Assembly (NCBI GenBank): GCA_040386535.1
Contig: JAZKFH010000022.1
Location: 19,316-83,315 of the forward strand
Source of the DNA: Myxococcota bacterium
GTDB taxonomy: Bacteria; Myxococcota_A; UBA796; SXON01
Length of the DNA stretch: 64,000 bases
Direction: 5' to 3'
Shown: positions 48,000 through 57,957 of the stretch, piece by piece
How positions within the stretch are numbered: position 1 is the first letter of the stretch
Layout: each line of letters begins with the position of its first letter
The notes under the pieces: generated by a model
Database searches by the model: none
The model's input: only the letters and a program-made list of their open reading frames with translations
What the model was told of the DNA's origin: nothing
Position numbers and translations under genes: made by a program

Positions 48000-48408
48000 C
48001 CTCAAGGCCCTCGGTGCTCGACTGGATGCACTGATCAACGCCTGTCCGAACCTGGTAGAGCGAGACGGCGCCGAGTACGTCGTACCCGTCGGTGCCCGCA
48101 CCCAGCGCCTCCGCATCGGACTCGACGGCGTCCACGTCGTGTTCAGCAGCGTCGTCGCCCGCGGCTCGCAGCTCATGGACGCTCGCGGAAGCCGTTGCAG
48201 CGAAGCTGATGTCCTCGCCGACCTGTGGGCGCGCAACGCCCGGGTGGACACCGTGAGCTTCTCGCTCGACCGGCACGGGCGCGTCGTGGGGCGAATCGAG
48301 GCGCTTCTCGCGACCCTCGACGACGAGGAACTTGCCTTCTACGTGGCCCGGCTCGCCGAGGAGTGCGACCGGTTCGAGTTCGTGCTCACGGGGGAGGACC
48401 GGGGGTGA
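47992..48408 (+). CDS. YbjN/CesT-like (T3SS chaperone fold) protein, 138 aa
   Basis: GARTQRLRI...VVFSSVV...LWARN...FSLD...LDDEELAFYVARLAEECDRFEFVLTGED. It overlaps both neighbours. Confidence 0.65.
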   Translation: MSDLKALGARLDALINACPNLVERDGAEYVVPVGARTQRLRIGLDGVHVVFSSVVARGSQLMDARGSRCSEADVLADLWARNARVDTVSFSLDRHGRVVGRIEALLATLDDEELAFYVARLAEECDRFEFVLTGEDRG

Positions 48409-51400
48409 GCAACGACAATCTGAACGCGTCCACTCTCATTGTAGAATCCGAGGCGGAGCTCGAGCGAGCGCTCGACGAGCTCAGCCGAATTCTGCCCCTG
48501 CCCATCGCTCAGTGCCTCGGTGTCGGAGGGATCCGGCGCGACATTCCAACGCTGTTGTTCAGCGCCGAAAGCGCGCTGCGGTTCCTCGCCGCCGTCGTGA
48601 AGGCAATCTACTTGGCTGGGCCGATCAGGCCCTCGCAGGAGGTCAACGACCTGATACGACGTTTCCTAATTTGGCCGTCGACTGGAAGTTGGTGGAACTT
48701 CTTGAGGGGGTGCCTGCCACTGTTTCGCTCCGGCGCGCTGACAGGTGGCTTCCCGGGCATCGTGACGATCCTGGAGGCGCTCCCGGCCCAGGACGTGAAT
48801 CGAATCATCGAGCTGCGAAACGCGGCCCACGGGCACGTGGGCGCCCCGCTCGCGCCCGAGCTGGAGCAGGTGGTGCGTGCCGAGCTTCTCCCTCTGGTGG
48901 CGAGCGTCCTCCAGACGCTCGCCCCGCTCGCCGCGTGGCCGCTGGTGGTCTACGACGCTCGGCTCGGAATCTGGTTGCGTTGTATGGGCCCCGCTCCGAC
49001 CCCAGAGACGCGCGACCTGGGCGTAAACGCTCCATACCCAGCCGTGCTCCTCGACACACCGCTCGGAGACCTCCCGCTCTTCCCTCTGGTGGTGGGTACC
49101 TTCGACGGGTATGTCCCGGCTTTTGACTTAGGGAAGACCGAGACGGTGTTGGTGTACGACGGCGTCGACGTAGACCGTTCGCGAATCGTCTACGTGGGAC
49201 GACACGGCCGCGGGCATGGCAAGCGGTGGTTCGAGGACTACCGCCGTCGCCTACAGGAGCGGTCCGTAGCGCTCGTCCCCTGCCAGGCCCAGGAGCTTCC
49301 GGGAGGTGAGCTTCTCGATCGGCTCCGTACCTGCTTCCTACAGACGGTCGATCTCCTACGTGCGCAGGGAGATTTCGACGGCGGGGCCCAACGTCTCGAC
49401 CCTGCCGCGGTAGGCGCGCTCAACGACTCGGTCGCCTCACCAGCGCGCATAGCGATCTTGGCGGGAGAGGCCGGGATGGGGAAGTCCACTCACCTCGTCG
49501 CGCTTGGACAGCGGGTGCTGGCGGGAGGCGGTGCGGTCATCCATCTGGACGCGCGCATGGTCCTGTCGGATCCAACGCGCGCCTTCCGAAGCTCCCTGAG
49601 GGTCGCCCTGGAGGGACAATTGGCTCTCCTCGGCGCGTCGGAAGCGTTGTTGAACCTGGCGCAGGCCGCAGTGAAGGCAGAGCGGGGAGACGCAGGGCGG
49701 GTTGTGCTCCTGATCGACGGGATCGACGAGGTGGGCAGCCCAGCGCGCGGGAGTGGGGTCCTCTCCGAGTTGGCGGACTGGCTGCGTCGCAACGCCGACG
49801 CCCTACCACAGCTGCGCGTCGTGCTCGCTGTGCGGGGCACCTACCTCGCAGCGACCCAGCGGTCATCGAAACCCTTGGCGCCGATCGCCGATCGCCTTTA
49901 TCGCCCCACGCGCCGCGGGGCGAGGGGCGCTGATGCCGTCGAGGACGCCATCTACCTCCTCCCACTCGACCCAGATTCCGACGAGGTCGACGCGCGGTAC
50001 GAGGCCTATCGAGCGGGCGTCCCTTCCCGGCGCCCTCTGACGCCGTTCAACCAATTGTCTCCCGCCGTCCGCGACGCGTGCCGCAACCCCCGTTGGATGG
50101 TGCAACTGCTGTCGGAGTACCACGCCCGAGAAGTTCCGGCGCTGGGTGGGGCAGCGGAGCTCTGGGAGGTACTCGTGAGACGGGAGGTCTTCGCGCTGGT
50201 GGGGGGGCGTCCGCTCTACCCCGGGCGCGTGCGGCTCCTCGACGCGCTCGCCGCCGCGCAGCTCGACCAGGGCCGCCTCTTCGTGCCGCTCCACACACTC
50301 GAAGCGGACCCACAAACCGGGCCGCTCGTCCTGCGCGACTCCCCCCGAGAGGAGTTGATGGCGCTGCAGTCGGTGGGGCTCTTGTCCGTCGAGGGCTCGG
50401 ACCCGCACGATCCCTTTGGGCCGCTGGTCGTTGGCCCCGCGAGTGAGGGAATGGCCGTGGCGCTCCTCGCGAACGCTCATCCCTTCCGCACCGGTGTTCC
50501 AGAGGGTTGGGTCACCCGTGTGGAGGCACAGGCATCGACCCCTCTCTGGTCGTGCGTGTCGGACGCCGCGCTTCAAGTACTGAGCGTTCGGGCGACACGG
50601 GATGGCTTCGGCGCGGTTCGCAGCGCGGCAGAGAGGCTCGACGTCGGCCTTCAAGCCCGGCTTCTGCTCCGGGTACTCGCGGATGCCAAAGCGGCTCGGG
50701 GCGTCCTCCCCCTTCCCGGTTTGGACGAGGCCGAACGTGAGCTGCTCGCGACGCTTCTCCTCGCTACGGCTTGGGGCGCCGGGCAGCAGAAGGTGCTGCT
50801 GCCCCTCGCGGAGCAGCTCCTGCAACTCCCCATGGAGGAGCAGTCCGCCGCCACCGTCGAGATGGTGGCCCGAATCCTGCGACATTCCGAACGTGTCCCC
50901 GAGGCTGAGAGTTGGCTCGAAACCGTCATCGCAGCGCGGCCGGATCTGGAGTGCTCCGCCGGGTTCCAGCGCGCTGAACTGCTCCGCGACAAGGGGCGGT
51001 GGCGCAGTGCTCGTCGCGCCTATGCGGGCATCGTCGGAATGCCCGTCGATGTTTCCGTTCGGGCACTCGCACTGGCTGCGCTCGGAGAATGTGAGATCTG
51101 GACAGGACAGAAGGTGGAGGCCTTGGAGCACCTCGCCGACGCCCTCGAACTCATCGGCGAGGCCGACGCGCCGACGGTAAAATGCAACATTCACATCAAG
51201 CGTGGCATCGCCGCACGTCTGGCCCGGCGATATCCGCTCGCCGTGAGCGCATTGCTTGCGGCCGAGGCCATCGCGTTGCGACTCAATTACCGAACCGAGC
51301 TAGCCAAAATCGAACTCGAACTGGGGCTGGTGGCCTGCGCCGTGGATCGCTTCGACGAGGCTCTACAGCATGTGGATAGCGCGTTGGAACGCCACCGCGC

Positions 51401-51677
51401 TCAGGGGTTCGTCAAGGGCGTCAAAAAGGCAATGTACTGTCGCGGCCACGTTCTTCAGCGCGCGGGGCGCCCAGGCGCGTTCGAAGCCTTTCATGAGAGC
51501 CTCGCACTCAACCAAAAGCACTTCGACCTCCTGGGCTTGCAATTGAACCATCGGGCGCTCGCCGAGCTCCTCCGTACATCAGACCCTGCAGCCGCCACAG
51601 AGCATGCCCAAAAGGCTTTCGAGTTTGGCAACCGGCTCGACCGGGAGGAGTCCCCCCATGAACGCGATCTCTTGTAG
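48405..51677 (+). CDS. STAND/NACHT-like NTPase with N-terminal HEPN-like domain and C-terminal TPRs (Avs/NLR-like), 1090 aa
   Basis: PSTGSW...LRNAAHGH, Walker A GEAGMGKST, Walker B LLIDGIDEV, NP motif CRNPRW, and a TPR-like C-terminus. Confidence 0.8.
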   Translation: MSNDNLNASTLIVESEAELERALDELSRILPLPIAQCLGVGGIRRDIPTLLFSAESALRFLAAVVKAIYLAGPIRPSQEVNDLIRRFLIWPSTGSWWNFLRGCLPLFRSGALTGGFPGIVTILEALPAQDVNRIIELRNAAHGHVGAPLAPELEQVVRAELLPLVASVLQTLAPLAAWPLVVYDARLGIWLRCMGPAPTPETRDLGVNAPYPAVLLDTPLGDLPLFPLVVGTFDGYVPAFDLGKTETVLVYDGVDVDRSRIVYVGRHGRGHGKRWFEDYRRRLQERSVALVPCQAQELPGGELLDRLRTCFLQTVDLLRAQGDFDGGAQRLDPAAVGALNDSVASPARIAILAGEAGMGKSTHLVALGQRVLAGGGAVIHLDARMVLSDPTRAFRSSLRVALEGQLALLGASEALLNLAQAAVKAERGDAGRVVLLIDGIDEVGSPARGSGVLSELADWLRRNADALPQLRVVLAVRGTYLAATQRSSKPLAPIADRLYRPTRRGARGADAVEDAIYLLPLDPDSDEVDARYEAYRAGVPSRRPLTPFNQLSPAVRDACRNPRWMVQLLSEYHAREVPALGGAAELWEVLVRREVFALVGGRPLYPGRVRLLDALAAAQLDQGRLFVPLHTLEADPQTGPLVLRDSPREELMALQSVGLLSVEGSDPHDPFGPLVVGPASEGMAVALLANAHPFRTGVPEGWVTRVEAQASTPLWSCVSDAALQVLSVRATRDGFGAVRSAAERLDVGLQARLLLRVLADAKAARGVLPLPGLDEAERELLATLLLATAWGAGQQKVLLPLAEQLLQLPMEEQSAATVEMVARILRHSERVPEAESWLETVIAARPDLECSAGFQRAELLRDKGRWRSARRAYAGIVGMPVDVSVRALALAALGECEIWTGQKVEALEHLADALELIGEADAPTVKCNIHIKRGIAARLARRYPLAVSALLAAEAIALRLNYRTELAKIELELGLVACAVDRFDEALQHVDSALERHRAQGFVKGVKKAMYCRGHVLQRAGRPGAFEAFHESLALNQKHFDLLGLQLNHRALAELLRTSDPAAATEHAQKAFEFGNRLDREESPHERDLL

Positions 51678-51822
51678 CCGATGTCGCTTTGCCATCGGTC
51701 CCATCTGCACGAGGGGCCTGACCATGCCAGGGGAGCGCGCCGTCAATAGTGTCCGTGACATCGGCGGGTTCTGCCTCGAAATGGAGGAGGCGGACGGAGG
51801 CGTTGGCGGTGGACCGATATGA
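51658..51822 (+). CDS. Possible small Cys-rich protein, 54 aa
   Basis: GGAGGAG RBS before the ATG, overlapping the STAND stop. Sequence MNAISCSRCRFAIGPIC...FCLEMEE. Confidence 0.35.
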   Translation: MNAISCSRCRFAIGPICTRGLTMPGERAVNSVRDIGGFCLEMEEADGGVGGGPI

Positions 51823-51902
51823 CGGCCGGCGGGGATGGGCTCCTGCCGGCGCATCGACTTCCAACTCGCCCACTGTCTGCCACCGCCGTGGTCGCGTTCG
51901 TT

Positions 51903-52904
51903 CTAAGGAGGGTTGGAGACAGGATCGGACGCCCTCTCCAACTCCCCCACCAACCGCCCATCCAGCACAAACACCTCCTGCTCCAGCCAACGCCCCGCAT
52001 CCATCAACACCCGGACGATCGGCGGCACCTCCCCCAACCCCTCGGGCCACTCTCCCAGCAATGCGCGCGGCAGGTACTCCTCCGCGAATTCGGGGATGAA
52101 CCACCGCAAGCCGGGCCATGCTTGCAGCAACACGCGAGCGATGGCGACGCCGTTCGGATCGAGGTCTCCGAACAGCAGCGCCGGCGTGTCTGGCCACGCG
52201 TCGCGAACCTGGGCCACCATCCGGGTGTTCCACCCGGGGACGTGCACGGCGCACCACCCCAGAGGAAGCGGCACATCGACGTAGACGCCGAGGTTCTCGA
52301 CGAGCAGGATCGCGCGCGGGGGCTCCCCACCAAGGCGCGTTCCCGCCCGGAACGCGCGATCGGTGACACACACCTCGCCACAGAGCGCCACGAATTCGAC
52401 GGCGCTCACACAAAACCCGTCCTTCTCCAGCGCCAATGTTGGATGCGGCCGGAGGCGAAGGAGATTATCGTGGGTGACGGCGGTCTCGCCGAGGGCCGCG
52501 AGCTCGAGCTCACCCAGGCCAGCCTTGGAGTGGTTCCGCAGCGCCGCGGCCACGGTGCGACGGTTCAGCGAGTCGGGCAATCCGACGGGGAGTTGCTCCC
52601 GCCTCCGCGCATCGCCCAATCGTCGCCACCCAGCCGTGGTGCTCTTCTGGCCCGCAGCTCGGAGCGCCGCGGCCCCCTCGCGCCACCCTGGCCAGAGCAC
52701 GTCGAGGCGCGCCTCGACGTCGGTGCGGTGGCCCTCCCGCAGGACGACCTCCCCGCGGCGCGCCGTGACGTCCACCCATCCCGCCTCAGACGCGAGGTCG
52801 CAGGCCTGGGCGTTGCCCTGGTTCCGGGCGAGCCGTCCCTCCTCGAGCAGCAGGAGCCAGGCAAGGCACTCGGCCAGCTTTGTCGCGTCGCTGGGGGCGC
52901 TCAC
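51903..52904 (-). CDS. jetD: Wadjet JetD (DUF2220 Toprim nuclease), 333 aa
   Basis: LLVENLG, FGDLDPNG and LEQE; GTGA-coupled to the MukB-like gene. Confidence 0.88.
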   Translation of the reverse strand: MSAPSDATKLAECLAWLLLLEEGRLARNQGNAQACDLASEAGWVDVTARRGEVVLREGHRTDVEARLDVLWPGWREGAAALRAAGQKSTTAGWRRLGDARRREQLPVGLPDSLNRRTVAAALRNHSKAGLGELELAALGETAVTHDNLLRLRPHPTLALEKDGFCVSAVEFVALCGEVCVTDRAFRAGTRLGGEPPRAILLVENLGVYVDVPLPLGWCAVHVPGWNTRMVAQVRDAWPDTPALLFGDLDPNGVAIARVLLQAWPGLRWFIPEFAEEYLPRALLGEWPEGLGEVPPIVRVLMDAGRWLEQEVFVLDGRLVGELERASDPVSNPP

Positions 52905-55900
52905 GCCTCGGTCCGGCGTCCGGACACGTCCACGACCGACTCGCCTGCCACGAGGCGACGGACGAGCCGATAGGTGATGTTGCCCTCGGACTGGGCGACC
53001 TCGGGCGCCGCCACGAGGAGCTGCAGCTCGAGGTTGTCGCAGAGCTCGAACAGCGTCTTGAGGTTGTCCTGGGAGAGGCGGTTCGCCTCGTCCAGGAAAA
53101 GGAACCGGATCGAGCCGTGCTTGCGGGCCGCCCGCCCCAACGTCTCACGGCGCTCCCAGGCCGTGAGAACGACCATCATCAGGGCCGCGCCGACACCGAT
53201 CGCCTCGCCGGTCGACATTCGGGTCGCGTTCGCGGGCTCCCACTCGGTGCTGCCCTCGCGCTGCACCCGCACGGAGAGATCCAGGTACTCGCGATAGTCC
53301 AGCAGCCGGTCACCCGCGATCCGCCCGCCGGTCTCTCGCTGGTAGATCGCGGCGAGCGCGTTCTCCAGTGTCACGCCGGGTTGGAACAAGGCACCCTGGG
53401 CCTGTTCGCCGCGCAGGGCATCGAGGAGCTTGTTCATCTCGGGGCGGCGGCGGGCCTGCACGTCCACGCGGCGGATGCTGCCGAAGTGGACGGCTTCGAG
53501 CTCTCCGCTCAGGCGCGAAATCAGCGTCGTGGCGCGCCGCAGGCTCTGCCCGATGTGGTTCGCCACGGTCGCGGAGCTCCCCTTGAGCTGGTCCTCCTGG
53601 CGCATCAGGGTGCCGCGCAAGGCGACGAGGTGGCGCCCGAGGTCGGAGAGCGCCTTGACCGGGTCGTCGCTCTCGCTCACGTTGGGTGGCACCCGCTCGC
53701 GCACCCACGCGCGGACCCCAAGCCAGGTGCGGACGTAGTGCTCCCAACGCAGGTCGTCGCCGTGGCCGCCCTCCATCAGCGTGATCAGGGTTCCTGCGTG
53801 GGCGGCGTGCTTCAGGTGCGCGCGCAGGACCTCCTGGGCCTGCCGAGCCAATTGCGAGAGTTGGATCGACGCGGAGTCGCGCACCGCCTCCATCACCGGC
53901 TCGGCGAAGATGCCCGCGGCGAGGGAGCGGGCCTCGATCTCCGCGCCGAGGGCCACCCAGGCATCCTGCGCGGGCTTCGCCTGGACCTCCGCCTTCCCCA
54001 ACGCGTCCTTCGCTTCCGCCTCGGCCTGCGCGGCGGTTTCGAGCGCGATCTCCGCGCGGGTGCGCCCTTCACGCGCCTCGTTCGCCCGTCCCTTCGCCGC
54101 GTGGTGCGCCTCCGTGGACGCCGTCACCGCTTCCCGCGCGGCCTCGACGGCCCGTGCATCCGGCTCGCCGACGCCGAGCGCCGCGAGCATCTGCTCGAGC
54201 CGCACGACGTGCTGCTCCGCCGCCTCCAGGTCGTTCCGTGTCGAACCGACCCGGAGCCTCGCGTTGGAGGACGCCGTTTCGGCCTCCGTCCACGCGGCTT
54301 CGGCCAGCACGGCGCGCCCCGTGGCGGAGGTGTGTGCATCCCGGAGCGACTGCTCGCCGGTCTCGGCGCTCCTCAGTTGCTCGGGTGCGTCGACCCACGC
54401 GAGCGCGTCACCGTTGGACACGAGCCAGTCGAGCGCGCGCGCGTCGGCGTCCTCGCGGTCGCGGGCAGCCTCGAGGCTCGCCAATCGCGCGCGGAGCCCG
54501 ATCACCTCTGCGACCGAGGGCGGCACGACCTGGAGGACCGACAAGCGCCGGACGAGGGTGGCGGCCGCCTCGTGGCAACGTTCGAGCGCTGGGGCGACAC
54601 GCAACACCCGTTCCAGCCGCGCCTTGACGGCGTCCCGCTCCGCGGCGGCGTCGCCCGCGTCGAGGAGGTGCGCGTCAGGGACGAGCTTGGAGAGGCGCGC
54701 GTCCCGGGTGGCGGCGCTCGCGTGCGCCGCCACCGCTGCCGTGTGCGCCTGGGCTGCGTCCTCGACCACCGAAGCGGCGACCGCGGCGTCCCGACGGCCA
54801 CGCTCGAGCTCGAGCGAGGGGTCGGGCGCGAGCCAACGCGCGGCCTCGCTCGCCAGCTTGCGGAGGGTCGCGGCGGAGTCCCCCGCGGCGTTGGCGTCTC
54901 GCGCCAGGCGGAGGGAGTCGCCTGTGGCCGCCCCGGCCCCTTCCCGAAGCTCGGCCACCCGCCGCCGGCGCGCCTCGGCTCCCAGCACGGGCTGCACCGG
55001 GTTCCTGCTGACTCGCACGGCCCCACCCTCATGGACGACAACGCCGGGCGCGTGCCGGTCACCTGGGAGCACGTCGGCGACGGAGGAGACGAGCCACACC
55101 TCCTCCGGAAGATCGCCGTGGGCCACCAGCCGCGCGGCCGCCTCCACCGGATCGCGGACGAGGATCCCCTTGCGGAGCGGCCCGAGCAGCGCCTCGGTCG
55201 TGGCGGCATCTTCGAGGGCGACCTCGTCGAAGCGACGGACCACGAGCTCCCCGTCCACGACCTCACACGCCTCGACGAGGTCGGCGGCGAGGCCTCCCTC
55301 GGAGGACGCGAGCCGGTCCGCCTCGGCTGTGTGGGTTCGCGCGAGGGCCGCCGCGGCTTCGGAGGCGGCACGCAGCCGATGCTCCTCGGTCTGAAGCCGG
55401 GCCTCCAACGTCGTGAGCCCCGCCACGTCGGCTGGGAGCCCACCCACACACTCCGCGATCTCCCGCCCGAGCGCCTGGATCGCCCGCCATCGCGGCAGCT
55501 CCGCGTCCAGCTCGACGAGGCGCGCCCGCACCGCGACAAGCCGGGCCTGCGCGGCCTCGTGCCGCTGTTTCTGCTCAGCCAGCGTCGCCACGCGGACGTC
55601 GCGCTCCTCTTTGGCCTGGTTTGCGGCGCCGACCAGCTCTCCTGCAGACGCGACCTCCAGGCCGAGCGCGTCGAGCCGCTCTCGGAGCACCCGTTGCTGG
55701 TCGGCCCGCTGCGTCGCAACCCTCAGGCGCTTCCCCAACTCTTCCCGCTCGCCGACCGCTCTCCGGAGCTCGCGGAGCAACGCGTCCGTAGCCTGGCCAC
55801 GGTCCATCGCATCCGTCGGAGCAACGGGGCCCGGCGGCGCCTCGCCAATGACCGCGAGCGCCGCAACCACCCGGTCCAGCGCGGAGGCCACCTCGTTGAA

Positions 55901-57316
55901 GTCCCGACGCGCCGTCTCGGCCCCGGCGATGGTCCGGCGGGACTCGGCGAGCGCGTCGTCGAGCTTCCCGACGCCCGCCCGCTTCTCGCGGAGGAGCGTC
56001 TCGAAGGCCGCTCGATGCCGCGCAGGCTCGCCGAGGCGCTCGATCAAGGCGGCGTGCCGTTCGACAGCCTCCGCGTACAGCCCCGCTCGTCGGGACAGCT
56101 CGGCCCACGCAGTCCGCGAATTCGAGAGCGCCAGGGAGAGCGCATCCCGCTCGGCCACGGTGGCGTCCCGGGCGCCTCGAGCCGCCTCGAGGGCCTCCAT
56201 CGTCCTGGCCTCGTGGTCCCTGGCATGCGCCCACCTCTCCCGACGCTCGGCCCGCGTCGTCTCGGCTTGCCGACGTTGCTTCGTGGCCGTTGCCGCCTGC
56301 TCGATCTTCTCTCGCCACTCCCCTGACCGCTTCGCCCCGTCCTGCGCCGCGAGCTCCGCGTCTTCCGTACGTGACACCTCAGCACGGCTCGCCTCCAGGC
56401 GCTCCGTCACGCGCTGCGTGTGTTGAAGCGCATCTTCCTGGCGGGTGCGCGCCGCTTCGAGGGCGAGCGCCTGCTCCTCCGACCGCACGCGTGCCGCGTG
56501 CACGGCCCGCGTGAACATCGTCTCCGCGGACCGGTAGACCTCGGTGATCTCCTTCTGCGCGAGCCCCGACTCCTCCACCTCGCGGCGCGTCACCTGGCAC
56601 GCGGCCAGGTTGTCGCGCATCGCCCGCAGGCTCTCCGCGAGGTTGGAGTCCTCGCGGAGGACGAAGTCGCGGAGGCCCCCGGAGAGGGTGCGGGAGATGC
56701 CGCCGATCATGCTGGTGCGGAGCATGTCGTTGAAGCGGGTGCGCTCCTCGTCCGTGTCGAGCCGCAGCGGGGTGAGCCCCAGCTCGAACAGCTCCCGGAA
56801 GTACTGCCGGGGCTCGAGCCAGCGGAGCGTCCCACCCGCGCGTGCCACGCGCTGCGCGAGGCGTGTCTTGTCCAGCAGCCGGTCGACCGTCCGGTCATCC
56901 TCTTGGCGGATGTCGAGCAGAACATCCTGGAGGCGCACGTTTTCCGCGAGCCCTCGTACGAGGAAGGGCTCGAGCTCGACCACGGGCTCGTTCTTCCGGT
57001 CGATCTTCACGCCCGCGAGGATCCGCTCGTCTCGCCCGTAGCGCAGATCGAGGACGGTGAACGAGGGCCAGCCCTCTCGCCCGAGGCGGCCGTAGATGCC
57101 ACGATCGCCCTTCGTCGCCTCGTGCTCCCCGAGGTTGGTGAACCGGAGCTTCCCAATCTCGGGGAACAACGCCACGTACGCCGCGATCATCACCGTCGTC
57201 TTGCCCGCGCCGTTCGCTCCCTCGAGCGCGGTTACAGCGCGGTCGAATTGGTAGCGCTCGTAGAAAACGCCTTTCCAATTCACCAGGGCGAGGGCTTCGA
57301 TGCGCGCGCGGCTCAT
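52901..57316 (-). CDS. mukB: MukB-like SMC ATPase (JetC role), 1471 aa
   Basis: LVNWKG...GANGAGKTTVM, long coiled coils, LLDYREYL, MSTGEAIG and LFLDEANRL. Confidence 0.92.
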   Translation of the reverse strand: MSRARIEALALVNWKGVFYERYQFDRAVTALEGANGAGKTTVMIAAYVALFPEIGKLRFTNLGEHEATKGDRGIYGRLGREGWPSFTVLDLRYGRDERILAGVKIDRKNEPVVELEPFLVRGLAENVRLQDVLLDIRQEDDRTVDRLLDKTRLAQRVARAGGTLRWLEPRQYFRELFELGLTPLRLDTDEERTRFNDMLRTSMIGGISRTLSGGLRDFVLREDSNLAESLRAMRDNLAACQVTRREVEESGLAQKEITEVYRSAETMFTRAVHAARVRSEEQALALEAARTRQEDALQHTQRVTERLEASRAEVSRTEDAELAAQDGAKRSGEWREKIEQAATATKQRRQAETTRAERRERWAHARDHEARTMEALEAARGARDATVAERDALSLALSNSRTAWAELSRRAGLYAEAVERHAALIERLGEPARHRAAFETLLREKRAGVGKLDDALAESRRTIAGAETARRDFNEVASALDRVVAALAVIGEAPPGPVAPTDAMDRGQATDALLRELRRAVGEREELGKRLRVATQRADQQRVLRERLDALGLEVASAGELVGAANQAKEERDVRVATLAEQKQRHEAAQARLVAVRARLVELDAELPRWRAIQALGREIAECVGGLPADVAGLTTLEARLQTEEHRLRAASEAAAALARTHTAEADRLASSEGGLAADLVEACEVVDGELVVRRFDEVALEDAATTEALLGPLRKGILVRDPVEAAARLVAHGDLPEEVWLVSSVADVLPGDRHAPGVVVHEGGAVRVSRNPVQPVLGAEARRRRVAELREGAGAATGDSLRLARDANAAGDSAATLRKLASEAARWLAPDPSLELERGRRDAAVAASVVEDAAQAHTAAVAAHASAATRDARLSKLVPDAHLLDAGDAAAERDAVKARLERVLRVAPALERCHEAAATLVRRLSVLQVVPPSVAEVIGLRARLASLEAARDREDADARALDWLVSNGDALAWVDAPEQLRSAETGEQSLRDAHTSATGRAVLAEAAWTEAETASSNARLRVGSTRNDLEAAEQHVVRLEQMLAALGVGEPDARAVEAAREAVTASTEAHHAAKGRANEAREGRTRAEIALETAAQAEAEAKDALGKAEVQAKPAQDAWVALGAEIEARSLAAGIFAEPVMEAVRDSASIQLSQLARQAQEVLRAHLKHAAHAGTLITLMEGGHGDDLRWEHYVRTWLGVRAWVRERVPPNVSESDDPVKALSDLGRHLVALRGTLMRQEDQLKGSSATVANHIGQSLRRATTLISRLSGELEAVHFGSIRRVDVQARRRPEMNKLLDALRGEQAQGALFQPGVTLENALAAIYQRETGGRIAGDRLLDYREYLDLSVRVQREGSTEWEPANATRMSTGEAIGVGAALMMVVLTAWERRETLGRAARKHGSIRFLFLDEANRLSQDNLKTLFELCDNLELQLLVAAPEVAQSEGNITYRLVRRLVAGESVVDVSGRRTEA

Positions 57317-57957
57317 TCGCCGTCCTCGTCCACGTCCGGCTCGTCGCCGTCCGGGGCGCCTGCCTCGCCCGCGATCAGCTCGCCCAGCGCCGCGCGCTCG
57401 TCACCCGCCCCCTTCACCGCCTCGACGAAGCGGTACAGGGGCTGGCGCAGCTCGATGGCCTCGTCGAGCAGGCGCACGAAGCCCAGCTGCTCCAACGTTC
57501 GGAGCGCCGCGTCCACCTCACGCCGCAGGTTCTGCGCCTCAACCGCCGCGTTGCGATTTCGTTTGGCCACCTTCAGCGTCTTGAGGAGCCGCTCCTCCCC
57601 GACCACCTGCTGCAGCGTGTCGATCAGGCGCGTTCGGTAGACGCGCCGGTCCAGCGCGAAGATCGCCGGGTCCAGGAGCAGCGCGGCCAGCGCCTGGCCC
57701 ACCAGCATGCACGCGGCAGAGAGCTTGGACTGCCGCACGGCGGCATTGGGCTTTAGATACACGTACCCGGCCTCGGCACGCACGAGGTCGTAGCCGTACC
57801 GATCGTAGAGCCGCTCCAGGAACGGGTATGCGGAGGTGACGAACGCGAAGGCCTCGCGATCGTCCGTGCAGAGGTGACAGCCCTCTCGGAGGCGCACGTC
57901 TACCGAGGGGAACAAGCGGTCATCGATGACTGCCTCCAGGCTGGCATACACGCTCAT
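57313..57957 (-). CDS. mukE: MukE-like KITE subunit, 214 aa
   Basis: LFPSVDVRLREGCHL...LYDRYGYDLVRAEAGYVYL...LSAACMLVGQAL resembles MukE; ATGA overlaps on both sides. Confidence 0.85.
   Translation of the reverse strand: MSVYASLEAVIDDRLFPSVDVRLREGCHLCTDDREAFAFVTSAYPFLERLYDRYGYDLVRAEAGYVYLKPNAAVRQSKLSAACMLVGQALAALLLDPAIFALDRRVYRTRLIDTLQQVVGEERLLKTLKVAKRNRNAAVEAQNLRREVDAALRTLEQLGFVRLLDEAIELRQPLYRFVEAVKGAGDERAALGELIAGEAGAPDGDEPDVDEDGE

Noticed and set aside
52880..56326. 1148-aa plus-strand ORF
   Set aside because: It is an antisense shadow of the MukB-like gene.
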